64,000 bases of DNA from Camelus ferus (GCF_009834535.1 NC_045707.1:54376001-54440000); one strand, 5' to 3'; shown: positions 40,351 through 52,761, counted from the first letter of the stretch. Notes: a model not told the origin generated them from the letters alone. Numbers and translations: made by a program.

Positions 40351-41099
40351 CTAAAACAAAGAACAAATGTAATTAGTTTTATTTCAAGGGCTTATTAATG
40401 AAACGTCTAAAGCTTGCAAAAAGAGGAAAGATGAGATATATGATCTCCAAATGAATATCTGAATCCCTGACTTTAAAGATAACTATGCAGAATCTTATAT
40501 TATCTAGATGAAAATATTAAGTAACCAAACAAATAATTAACTGATTTTGTATTTATTAATAATCTTTTAAAATATAGGAAATATAGAGTCTTATATGACA
40601 AAATATTTCAAACAATTTAAATGAACAAGAGTAAACATTTGGTCATAGTTGCTATGAAACTTTTTTTTTTTGAAGAACTCAAGCAATGAAAAAGTCAAAA
40701 TCTCCCCATTCCCCCTCCTCAGTCCGTTTTGCTCTCTTCCTCTATAGAATTGAATTAGGCACATATCTCATATATAGATTTACACTTTTATTAAACATAC
40801 CCAATTCTGTAATACATAATGTTGGTCTTGACATCAAGACATGTTAAGAATGCAACAGCAATTCTCTTTTTCAATACTTCAGAAAGATAAATGGGCTTTT
40901 AAGAATCTTAAGGGTATAGTCTCACAGCATCCCTCTCAAAAATACCTATGAATATAGCCTTTGTCTAATGGAGTAAACTTACTAAGAAGCATAGGAAACC
41001 CACAAAGTTTGAAAAGAAAATCATATTGGTGAAAGCCCTGTCAGTTTGAACTGAAAAGAGTGTAACTCAAACAAACAAACAAACAAACAAACAAAAAAA

Positions 41100-41838
41100 C
41101 CCACTGGACATCCTCATAATCTTTTATGGGAAATAAACAGGTTAAGAAAAATTACCAGCTGCAGAACAGGGCACTTCTTATGGAAAAGGAAGTATGATTT
41201 GAGAATGGAGTTAAAAGCCTAGAGGGCAGAACCAAGAGTCACAGAGAACCATTCCTATGGAGTAGAATCAAGTCCTTATTACAGAATTGATGATATGTGC
41301 TTAGTTATGGACCAAGAACTACCAAGAGCTTCTTGTCTTCTCCATATTGAACGGGAATGACTCTTGTAATTAATTGGTCCTGTCTCACCATTGTATATGG
41401 GTATGTGAAGGCGGGAGTAGGGAGGGAAGACAACTCTTCATTTAACTTCATAGATCACAGAGTTGAAAACTCTCTAGGAGCAGATCATCTCCTCCTGTAT
41501 CTGATTTAGATGAGAAGTTTCTGTGCTTCAAATCTGAGTCTGATGCCACAAGCTGATGAGATTTTGGGATCTTTAGGTCATAAATATCTTTTGTACGTGG
41601 GAAGGATGTGGCTTATTAGGAGCCAGGGGGTAGATTACGGTAGAATGTTACTTTGAGAGCACCTCCCAATAAACCTCACAACCCAATATTGACACATCCA
41701 CACAGTCCCCTCCCACATAAGCTGAAAGCTTAGCCAACAGAACATAAGTTAGCATGATGCCAGCAGATGCTTGATAAGTGCTTCATATTGAAGTTTGTCT
41801 TTTTGGAACACTACCCTGTAAAGATACCCAAGATAGCA

Positions 41839-41875
<37 letters not shown>

Positions 41876-42135
41876 AGAGAAAGAGAGAGAGAGAGAAAGA
41901 GATTGGAATTCCAACCTCCCAAGGCACCAGACATGCAAGAGAAGACATAGACATTTTGGACATTGCAGCCCCAGCTGCAAATTACATAAGAGACACAGTA
42001 TGAAGCAGATGAAATGCCCAGACAAGCCTGCCTCAATTCATGGCCCACAGAACTGTGAGCAAATAAAATGGTCACTGTTTTTAATTCACTGAGTAAGGTG
42101 GTCATTTGTTATACAGCAAAAATTAACAAAAACAA
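41100..42135 (+). mobile_element. MaLR element: internal 3' segment, polypurine tract and MLT1G/H-like LTR (about 41635-42135)
   Basis: PPT-like aggagccagggggtagat; LTR ends cccacagaactgtgagcaaataaaatggt...tttgttatacagcaaaaattaacaaaaaca. Confidence 0.8.
41841..41901. repeat. Compound microsatellite (CA)16 followed by imperfect (GA)n
   Basis: Read directly from the sequence. Confidence 0.95.
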
Positions 42136-42348
42136 TAACTATATCATCTGTAAGTAGACAGAAGTAATTTCTGGGTCATATCACCTAATCATTTCCCTTG
42201 TATGGTTCTTACAAGTTTTGGCCCTTGACCTCTTGAGACCCTAAATTACATGTTATTTTAATAAATGTTTCTTCAAAATTATCATTTCTTAAGTGTACAC
42301 ATGAATCCATTTTATATTGTAAGATAAAGAGTAGAAGAGAAGACATAC

Positions 42349-42501
42349 CTGTGCATCAATGTACTTCAATTTTTTGCAGTTACTCAGGCTGTGCAAAGAA
42401 GTTAATCCACAGCGTTGAAGAGACAGAAACTGAAGATTTGTACACTCTGTCAGCGTGGAGACACTACAACCTGGCAAATCTTGAAATGTAATTGTTGTAA
42501 C
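42349..42501 (-). CDS. LRRIQ1: LRRIQ1 coding exon (about exon 9), 153 nt, VTTITFQDLPGCSVSTLTECTNLQFLSLQRCGLTSLHSLSNCKKLKYIDAQ (LRR)
   Basis: tctctag|GTT...CAG|gtatgt; phase 0 to 0; LxxLxLxxCxL pattern. Confidence 0.96.
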
Positions 42502-45500
42502 CTAGAGAATTCAAGAAAATTGGAGAGCACAGCACTATCTGACTATAATGAATATAAACTATATCAGCCTTGCAAACCTGTTTTTACAAAATTCATCTAA
42601 GAAAAGTAATGCTATATATTGAAATCCATATTTATTAACAATTCAATTTCATTGAAGCTATCTGTCCATCTTGCCACTTTTGTTCCCTCACAGAAAGGCA
42701 AATTAACGCAAACATTTACGACCAATTCAATTCAAGAGTAATATGCATAGAAGCAATAATATACTCATTTATTAGTTCACTTCCTGATTTTTCACCAAAT
42801 TCACTTTCCTTGTTTTTCATGTCCTCGGTATTATTTTCAGGGTTCCACTATATAAATGTTTAGGACCCGTGTTTGACAGTATCTTATGGGATACCTGAAA
42901 AGTACCAGAAGTCACAACAGGCCAGGGGATAGATTTTATATCTAATCTGCCATGCTTCAACTAGAATAGCTCAGTTATCTTCGAAAAGAGAAGCAAGTCT
43001 GACTGAGAAGAGATATTATAGAAACTGTAATAAGTAGAAACATGCAATAATAACTGAATCATGTAAAACACAAACAACATTCTATTACAAGTCTTCTGTG
43101 TTAAAAAGGTATGAATTATTCTTTACTACTGAATAATGTAATATACCCAGAGCATATAGAATCTGCAGTATAACAAATCATGAATAGTAATTACATTTAC
43201 ATTTACAACATTTCTTATTATTGAGATATTACTGTGAACTCAATACTCCATAAAGCTTTTTTCCTAAGGAACATTTCTCTTTTTGGTTTAAGTCTTTTTA
43301 ACTAAAGAAAATTCAATCTCAAAGAATGTATTTAACTCTATGGCATGTCTATTAAGGGCTACACTTACAGTTCTACAAGAATATGTCAGATAGAAATTTT
43401 TTGAGATTACTGAAAAGCAGTCCACTTATTAAACTCAAGAGATCTCACTCAAGCAAAATTGGCACAGGAATAAGGTAATAACATGTTAGTTCTTCACTAT
43501 GATTGAGTCCCAGCACTGAAATAACTGTATGATCTAAATCACTTCGTATGAAGAACTTTTTCATATTTTCATATTGCCACATTACAAATCCTAAGGCTAA
43601 GTTTCCTATGTACTGAGTAACAATTTTTAAATTATTAGCTTTATAGGAAGAGTTTAGTGTATATCATACTCAAAAGAAATTCAAAAAAAGGGTCTACTGA
43701 AATTTATACCACTATTGGTTCTGAAAAAGCTGGAAAAGTATAAAATTCTGAACTGCAGTCAATCCTCTACATACGAAGTATTTCCTGTGCGTTAAATTAA
43801 ATTAAGTTTTGAATTTACACATTTATGTAAGTGAATGAGAAGACCACATGTTCACGGACTATAGAGAAAGGATTAGTCTACTCCTTGCTTTAAGTAGCGA
43901 AAGCAGTAACTAATATCTTAAAAAACTTGGTGAATAAAATTTTCTAGTTTCATAATTATTTTAGCAATTTCTCAATTACGCATAACCTAAAACAACTTTT
44001 GAAACTAATTTCTCTTTTATAACTTTTCAGAGAGAAAAGTCTTCATCCACTTGTGTCAAGATAAGTGCTGTGTAATGCTCATTTAATCTGTCCACAAAGA
44101 ACTACTATAAATTCTGTAATTGGAAAACGGGCTCTATACTAAAACACTGAATGCACTATCCAGACTTAAGCACTTAAAAACTGAAAACCCTACAGCTGCA
44201 GCTTTATGGTAACAGATGCTACTCTACCTTATAATTTATATTATCCTTCCTGATATAATTATACACTGCTTACAATCAACTATATAAACATATAAACACA
44301 ATTAAGTTCTGGCTGTTATGATGTGGCGACCTCTCTAATTACAGTGCAGGAATGACAACTGCTGCAGTGTCCTTGTGAAGGTCCTACTTTTGAATATGAG
44401 GCATTTCATGGTATTTTCTCCTCCCTTTCATGAAACATTTAAAATTTCCTTATGCTATAGAAATTTATTCTCTACCCCACTCAACATGTGAAATTAAATA
44501 AATTTTTACATCTATTTACATCTACATGCATGACAATAATCACATAAACAAAATTGCTTTAATGCTCCCAAAATTGAGGTCAGTATAGAGTGAGTCCTCA
44601 TAGGTGTTCATCACTGTGTGGTTAGCCTGAAAAAGGGCAACTGGGGCACACTTAATGGTCACTAAATGCTTCCTAAATAACTGAGTGAATAAACTTCCCT
44701 AGCCCTATGAAAAAACTAAAATATATTTATAGCATTCATAGTTTCTTTCCCTTATAAAAGGTAATATAAAAATATTTGAAAAAATAATATTTTAGGGCTC
44801 TCATGATTTGAAAATGAACTGGTCCATCTATAGAAGCTATGACTCATTCATTATATTTTAATAAAAGATCACAATTCAGTTTTCCACTTAATCATCTGTA
44901 TTTCCCCAAATCCTAGACAGTTTTGGTACATAAAACTGAGTTCACTCTGTTACTCTTGAGTTCAGCCCAAGGAGTGTCAGTCATCTATGGTAAACTAAAT
45001 GCAAAAGTAATGAAAGCATGACTCTGTTTTGCTTTGTTCGGTGCCACAATCTCAAATCTATTCAACGTGGAGAAATAATATTGTTTAAAAAATCAGCTGC
45101 AAAGAGGTAGAATCTGAGCTATGATTAGTGGCTTAAATGAAAGAGAATCTAACTTTAATCCTGTACCATCACACCAGTTTATTACAATTTGCCTTGAATG
45201 AAGGAAGTAAGACACTCTGATCTAAAAGTTAATTATCTCCTAAAATCTTATCCATGCTATGTTATAAACTCATAGCAAAAAAAAAAAAAAAAAAAAAAAA
45301 AAACCAAAAAAGACTTTAAGCTAGTACCCTTTTTTGTGGCTGTTATTTAAAAGCAAGTTATCACTAGTAGCAAAATACCAAAAATAAAAGAAAAATGAAT
45401 TAGTTAAAGCACTGAAACTAGAAAAAAATAAAAATATGTTAGTTGTCAGTAATCACTGATCCTCAGTCACATCCTTTTGGGATATCATTCCATATTGTAC

Positions 45501-45599
45501 ATGGTCCAGCATTTTCAACTTTGTAACTTCTTTGACGAAACAGGCTATTACTCTTCAGATGTTTGAGATCCACATTTGACAATTGACTATTACATATAT

Positions 45600-45800
45600 T
45601 AGGGGCCCGAGATCAGATTCTTTACATATAGTATTTTAAAACTCAACAATCCTGTAAAGTAAGTATTGCTCTTCCCGGTTTACAGAAGACAAAACTGAGG
45701 CTCAGAAAGGGAAAGGTGAAGCACCTTGCACAAAGTGACACAACTAGTAAACGGCAGAAATAAAATTAGAGCCCTGATCTTACTTGATACTGGGCTTGTT
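45600..45800 (-). mobile_element. MIR SINE
   Basis: caacaatcctgtaaagtaagtattg...tttacagaagacaaaactgaggctcaga...caaagtgacacaactagtaa. Confidence 0.8.
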
Positions 45801-46425
45801 AGTGCTTTATTACATTACACTCAAATAATTTTTATATTAATTTCCTTTTTAATCAAGTTATACTATCTAAATTGTGAAGCTAATAATAATATGGAGATAA
45901 GATTCAGTTGGACTTATTTATCCATCCATTTATCCATCCTCCCCACTCACCCATCTCATAGTCAAGGAATGAAAATCACTATTTCCTGGCAATACATAAA
46001 GCAGTACGGACAAGAGGCAGACTTGATTCATGTCCTGAAGGTTCAAAGTAAGAGAGTAACATAGGCAAAATGAATTGATTACTAGGTGAAATTCCAGAAG
46101 AGTAAAATTTTCTCTTCTAAAAGTCCACTCCAGAAGGACTTTACAAAGATGACAGATAAGGATAAAGATCTGAGCCTAGAAGATTAGAAAATCTAAGTAA
46201 GAAAGTGAGCTCATGGGTCAGTAGCAGTGGTGAATGAAGATACCACAATAATCCATCTCTGAAACAGAGTCATCACAAGATGGTTTTTATAACCCTTCAG
46301 CATTTATATGGCACATTCACATTTCTTTTCATCTTTGTACTATATATTTGATGCTTCAAGGAAAAATGAAATGTTTGAAATAGTTGTTTGAATAGTGTTC
46401 AGAGAATTAAAGGGTCCTTTGGAAC

Positions 46426-46575
46426 ACTGCTTCTCAAATTAGTCCATGAACCAGTATCAACCCAGGGGCGCTGTAAAAACGCAGAACACTGGGGTTGATC
46501 AACAAACCTATTGAGTCAAATCAACATTTTAACAAATTCCCTGGTGATCTGTATACACATTACTGCTTGCAAGGT
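46426..46575. mobile_element. MER5-like hAT fragment
   Basis: ctgcttctcaaa...cattttaacaaattccctggtgatctgtatacacatta. Confidence 0.6.
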
Positions 46576-47739
46576 CTTACTCTAAGAAGTAAAAGAAAAT
46601 ATTAATCCTCACTTTATGCAAATTGACAAGAATTACACAGAAGGAACAGAGTGGGCAGAAGAAGAAACATCAAGGAGAAAAAGGTTCATTCACCTTAACT
46701 TCCTCAGTGCTCTTCTCATAGGTCAGAACAGAGACCCACAAGAAAAGAGAAGGGGACTACTAGTTTCTCTAGCTTTGGAAACAAATACTATAGGCAAGAA
46801 GCTGTCCCTGATGCCTAGCCCAGATAGATACTCATGAGGAAGATGACTTTAAATGAATAGAATAGTTAGTATCTAATGTTATCCATTTAGAAAGCCTGCA
46901 GCAACAATTTAAAGTAGAAAAAGAATGATTTCACAGATAACAAAGCCAAAGAAAAAAATGTAACACAAGAGCTATTGAGAGATTCTATACATAGTTCTAT
47001 AGATCTAATGGATATGAAAAATACATTGTCCAGGAAAAAAGAGGACACTTCGAAGAGTTCTTGGTCTTTATACCGTTCTTTCACATCCTAGAGATCTCTT
47101 TAAATCCCACTACCTTATTATCCTCTCACAGAATACCTTGAAATCTTACAGCAAGTATCAAGATACGTATTTATGTATTCATCTGTGTATTTGTTTAAAG
47201 CCTTTTTGTCCACCAAAGTCAGCTCCATAAGGGCAAAGACTGAGATTTTTTTCTATCCTTCTAATCTAACAGTAAATATGGATTGATCATATTGGAGAAG
47301 AATATCTGCTGAGTGAAAGAATTAAATAATCCATATGTATTAATATGAAAGTTTCCTTTCCTAGGCATCTGTCTATATCAAGAAACTAGATAAACTTTAT
47401 TAAATATATTTAAATTTCAGGTCCCTAGCTAAATATATGAATTTTAATCATAAGTCTTCCCTAGTATTGCACTATTTAAAATAGTCTTTCCTGTTTTTCT
47501 ACACACTTGTTAATTTCTGTCTTAATTTTGATGGAAACTATAGACCCCGTAAGAGGAAAATTAGTAACATATGGTGACAACTATTTTAAATTTCAGGCAT
47601 ATATTCACCATGTTTACATAGCATGTGTCTAAATAATTACGTTTTTACATAGATATTCTAGAGTCTTCCACTGTTGTAAGCCCTTCTTTCACAGCATTTG
47701 TGAAATCCAGTTCAGGGAAATCCACTTCATTCTGGAAGG

Positions 47740-47758
47740 AGCCACTAGGTGGTGTTCT
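47740..47758 (+). promoter_or_regulatory. CTCF-like motif GCCACTAGGTGGTGT
   Basis: Close match to the CTCF core CCASYAGRKGGCRC (TG at the CpG position); motif match only. Confidence 0.5.
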
Positions 47759-48133
47759 GGCCCAGGACTAAAAGCAAACTAACTCCTAACTGGAGTATAA
47801 AAAGTTAGGAGTTTCCCACTCTAATTCAACCCTACATTCCCAGATGCCTCTGTTCTGGGAAGCTTGATAATAGCTGCAGGGCCCTTGAACCAGGTTTCAA
47901 GATGGAAATCAAAGCTCTTTATAGTGCTTCACTGAGGGAGTAGATGCCCTAAACAATTTTAATTGAGGAAATTTTTAAAACACATCTCCTCTCAAATGGG
48001 AGCAATATTTAATGAAATATTCATTGATTAAGAGACAGAATTCTTGGATCAAAATAGGCCTTCCATTAAGATTTTTAAAGTTACAGTTTAGAGAATCAAT
48101 TAAAATCCAATATGAAAATGCATTATAAAATAC

Positions 48134-49765
48134 CTGCTGTAAAGTATTCCAAGGACCACATCGAAGAATTTGTAGTGTATTCAAAGGGGGCATCACGTTG
48201 GCTGGGCATTTTACAAGTCTTTTTCTCCTAACAGTTTTCCTTTGTTGATTTTGTTTGAAAATTTCAAACCAAGGTTTAAATGATTTTATCCAAGCCAGCC
48301 TCTTTTCTTCAATAGAAGATAGAAGTGCTGGTTCTGGTACAGAGCAGGTCACCATATTTTCACATTCCTCTCTGTTTTCATGACATTCTTCTGGAATTTC
48401 TTTAATCTGAGACTTCAGAGAGTTTATTTCTTTAAAAACCAAAGAGTTTTTTGCATTAGAGCCACCCAAGTCTTCACAAGGAGCATGTCTACCTAAAATA
48501 TGATTTTGCTTGTTAATTTTACCTTCTACATTTGTCAAAGCATCACTGGTGTTAAAAACGACATCACTATTCAGTGCACTGCCCTTTGGGTTAGTTTCTT
48601 TAGATTTTAAATCACTTTCTTTTTCCTGTATTGCATCTTCTCCTGTATCTTCAGAACTTTCTAATTTTAGTGGTAGTTTTTGTTTCATTGAAATCACTGA
48701 AATTCTCCTCTTATCACTCTCTTCACATGACATTCCATTCTGTTCTAATATCCCTTCGTTTTCTACTTTTCGTGCCTTATTTTGTTGATTATCATTGGTT
48801 GCCCTCAGTGCGTCGTTGTTTCTCACCTCCTTCATCTCTTGATTATGACCCAATATGATTATTCGGGCTTCTTGTCTCGTGGTCTCTTTTATGGCAGGTT
48901 TCACGACTTCCTCTTTTTGTATTGGAGACTTTAATTCTTGCAGCTGAAACTGTTCTTTCACATTTTCTTTTAGATCTGGGTCTTCTAATTGAGTGTTTTT
49001 GTCTATATTTTCATTTTTCCTTGCTTGCTTAACCAATTCTTCTGCACACTGTTTTGCTAGGTTTTCACTTTTTTCTTCCATTTTAAATTCTGCCAAGATT
49101 GCTTGGTTTGATACAGATTCTTTGACTTGCACTTGCACTGATTCCTTCAACACAAGCTGTCTGCCTACATTTTCCCTCTCATTCGATTCCTCAGCTAGCC
49201 AAGGGGTAACATCTTCCCACTCCTTTGACGTCTCATCCCCTGGCCTTTTGGCTACATTACCCTTTCTCTTTGAGGTATCTTCAGCAGTTAACTGTTCGGC
49301 AGTATATTCTCCCTTCCTTAATGCTCTGCGTGTGATTAGCTGTTTTCTTGCCTCTTCTCTTAATCTCAATTTTTCCTTGTTTAGTAGTTGCTCTCTTTCT
49401 TGTCTCAGGATGTTCTTTTTTTCTTCATATTCTTTTTCTCTCCTTTTCCTTCCCTCTTGCTTCTGCTTTTTTATCTCTTCTTCTATTCTTTGTTCCTCTT
49501 CTAATTTTTTCCTTTTTTCTTCTTCCATCTGACGTATTTTTGCTTCCTTTTCCTTCCACTCTTGCACTTTCCTTTTCTTGCTTTCTACTTGTTCCTTTAT
49601 GAGTGGGCCATATTTTTGGTAAGCCACGAATGCTTTATATTTAGCTTGAATTTTCACAGCTGCATTATGCTGCAGTTTTAACAAACGCATTTTTTCTTTT
49701 TCCTGTAGGTCTTCAAATCTTGCTCTTTCTTCTTCCATTTGTAAGTGCAAGTTTCTAATAAATTC
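48134..49765 (-). CDS. LRRIQ1: LRRIQ1 giant exon (about exon 8), 1632 nt / 544 codons: IQ motif, E/K/R-rich helix, long linker, ...CGPWNTLQQ
   Basis: ttttag|GAA TTT ATT AGA...CAG CAG|gtattt; in frame with ORF 47975..49750; IQ motif AAVKIQAKYKAFVAYQKY at about 49610-49663. Confidence 0.97.
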
Positions 49766-50817
49766 CTAAAATAAAGTAAGATAAATAGCAGTCAATATAA
49801 ACTAAATGTGTGATGTCACTAAAATATCACCTGAAACACAGACTGAAAACAAATACTAAAATTGAAGTCACAATAAAGATAGTATAAAAGTCACTTAGAA
49901 GAACTAAAGTAATTTATTTTGAATGGTATATTAATTTTTTAAATATTTAGTTGCTTCTATCAAGTTAGTAAGTTGATACTTTAATATGGTTATACCATGC
50001 CACACAGATACAAATTAAGGAAATCCTTGAAGACAGAAAGCATATGAAATCAGAATGACACAGAGGAAAAAGCAAGAAAAACTATAAGCTAAAAATTGTG
50101 TAGGAGAAAAGGACTTCAAACTTTCTGAGATGGGAGTTCTGATAAAAGGGACTCCCAGATTGAGCACAGAGAATGCAGAATCAGGGAATTATTTTGTGAG
50201 ACTGACCACAGCGGGAAGGTGACATAGTACATACTTATAAGCCACACGAAGAACTAGCCTAGTCATACATCTTATCCTTTCTTAACTATTAAGGGAGTTG
50301 ATAAGCACATACTGCATCAAATGAGATAATCTGGAGGTGGGTGAGAAAATATCATTATCACTGAAGTCCTAAAACAAAAGTAAAGAGATCAACAAAATTT
50401 GGCAAATAGTTGAGGAAAACTAACACAAAGAATGTGAGGCAATGAAAATGCTTCAGTAAGCAGAAGGCAAAACCAATTTCTGAGAAGAGAGCTATTTAAA
50501 TCAAGTAAAATTAAAATAAAGGTATTTTTAATAAAAACATTTAAACAGGAAACACCTCATATAAAATGAAATGCAAGTGCTCAATAAAAATATATGACTC
50601 ACTCAAACAAACAAAAATCAAGATAAAATGGCTGAACAGCTGATTGCCTAAAGAAAAACTTCAAAATTAGGTATTTCCTAGAACAACATACAAAACAACA
50701 AAGCCATGAAATGTATGACACAGATATTCAGAACCAAGAAAAAAAAAGGGAAGAGAATAATAGAAATATATGTTTTCTAAATCAAAAAAGGCCATAAGAG
50801 AAAGAGCTGGGTTAACT

Positions 50818-50821
<4 letters not shown>

Positions 50822-50867
<46 letters not shown>
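50822..50867. repeat. (AC)23 microsatellite
   Basis: Read directly from the sequence. Confidence 0.95.
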
Positions 50868-50869
<2 letters not shown>

Positions 50870-50919
50870 GCGTGTGCACAATAATACACTCATATAGATG
50901 CTAGCAATATTTTGGAATC

Positions 50920-51045
50920 CTAAGGAATGTAAGCTCCATGAAGGCAAGGATTATTTTCTGTTTTATTCACCGCTATATCTTGAGTACTTAGAGAAGTGCC
51001 TGGCACACAGTGGAAAACCAGCAAATATGTGTGGATGAATGTAAA
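50920..51045 (+). mobile_element. L2 3' end
   Basis: gaatgtaagctccatgaaggcaagga...ttattcaccgctatatc...agtgcctggcacacagt...tggatgaatg. Confidence 0.85.
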
Positions 51046-51132
51046 AAGTGAAAAATCCAGCAAATATGTGTGGATGAATGTAAAAAGTGAAAAACCAGCA
51101 AAAATGTGTGGATGAATGTGAAAAGTGAAAAA
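51013..51132. repeat. Minisatellite, 3 copies of a 38-39 bp unit
   Basis: Unit ccagcaaatatgtgtggatgaatgtaaaaagtgaaaaa starts at 51018, 51057 and 51095. Confidence 0.9.
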
Positions 51133-51479
51133 TTCAAAAGAATGCAATGAATGAGTATCAAAATTTGCAATCATAGAGAGCAGGTGAAAAAACACATAAA
51201 CATGCAATGGAGTTATATGTTTAAACCGCTAAAACTAAATAGTAATAAACCTGGATTCTGTATCCAAGAAAAGAAATCATTCAGTTTTAAAAGTAAAATC
51301 AAAACATTTTCAGTTGTCCAAACACTGAGAAAATTTGTCATCCAAAAGTATTTTTTTACAAGTATTTAGGTATATACTCCAGGAAATGAAAACTGAGTCC
51401 AGAAAACAGGGGAAGACTGAGGATTCAAAAAACATTAATGATCAAAGAAACCCTTAACACTTAGCAGTTAAATTATTTA

Positions 51480-52190
51480 TTCTGTCTTCTTTCTTCCATC
51501 ATTTCCCTCAAGGAGTCCGCTGGTAGTTTACGGTTGCTCCTTTGTCGGTAGTGTGCCTTGTTCTCTGGCTACATTTAAAGATTTTTCTCCTCCTTGTCTT
51601 GAATTTCAATAGTTATACTATTAAATTCCCAGGTGTGATTTTCTTTGCATTGATTCTGCTTGAGGATCTTGACTTATCTTCAAATATTCAGATTGATTTT
51701 TTAAAAACAATTTGAAACCATTTCAACTATTGTTTCTTCACCCATTGCTTCTGCTCCATTCTCTCTGTCCTCTCCTCCCAAGATTACCATTTATAGATAT
51801 TTTTATCTTTTCATGATGTATCACATATTTCTTGTGCTCTTTTCTGCTTTTCCCACTTTTGTTCTCTCTGTGCTTTATTTTGGGTATTTTCTACTGACTT
51901 CTCAGTTTCACTAATGTTCTCACCTGCTGTGTCAAATCTACTGTCCAACTTATCATTGAATTTTTCAACTCAAAAATATACACTTGATATTTCATTATAG
52001 ATTCCAATTTTCTTTTCATATAACCTGTTTAATTATTTTGCTGTTGCATGATAGTTATAAGGATTCTAATGGCTCTCCTGACTCCAACATTTGCATTACC
52101 TCTAGGTGAGTTATTACTGTCTTATTTTTTCTTGTCATTCATAATGAATCTGTGTCTTCACATGCCTAACCAACTTTTTTTCACTTAAAG
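51480..52190 (-). mobile_element. LINE-1 ORF1-region fragment (sense to LRRIQ1)
   Basis: ttgcttctgctccattctctctgtcctctcc...tttgggtattttctactgacttctcagtttcactaat. Confidence 0.7.
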
Positions 52191-52761
52191 ATGGACAGTA
52201 TAAGCCTACTTTTTTCAGAAATGTGCTTATATAAAATTTAAAAAAGACTTGAAGGAAATGCAATGATAGGTGATACTACATTTGGCTGGATTACAGAATT
52301 ATGGGAAATTTTATCCATTCTTATAATTACTTAAAATAATTTTATATATAAAACTGTAGTAAATAAAAGTTAAAACTTAATAAATGTGTCATTAGAATCA
52401 TCTTAAATTTAAAGGGGCTATTTAACACATTCAATTAGTTCTGTTAAAGAAATGCAGTAAACTTTCACAACAATCCTCAGTCATAATGAAATGTTCGTAA
52501 CAGTGTATTTCTTCAAACCTTAAAAGAAATTTTAGAATTATAATTTATTATAGGTATGTTCACTCACTGAACTACTTTATTTTCATTTTGGGACATTTTA
52601 TTTCAAGGAGAGTTTCTAATGATTAATAAATTTTGAAAACTTTAGTAAATTAAATCTTACACCAACTAGGCAATATTATTCTAAGATACTCATTCCAAGC
52701 GTAGTAATTTATTTCAAATAAAGAACAATTATTGTGTTGCTTAAAAACAACAAATCCATAC

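Noticed and set aside
40648..40660. RFX X-box-like GTTGCTATGAAAC
   Set aside because: One base short of the consensus, intronic and isolated; expected by chance.
41749..42105. Four overlapping ORFs of 78-118 aa
   Set aside because: Produced by the (CA)n(GA)n microsatellite within an MLT1 LTR.
46458..46473. CTCF-like ccaggggcgct (also gagcgccaccta at about 38341)
   Set aside because: Only half of the core matches, and both lie inside repeat fragments.
48510..49602. Plus-strand ORFs including 48993..49532 (179 aa)
   Set aside because: Antisense shadows of the E/K-rich LRRIQ1 exon (F/S/L-rich), with no independent support.
51013..51132. CRISPR-like array
   Set aside because: Units are head-to-tail with no unique spacers, and the context is eukaryotic with no cas genes.
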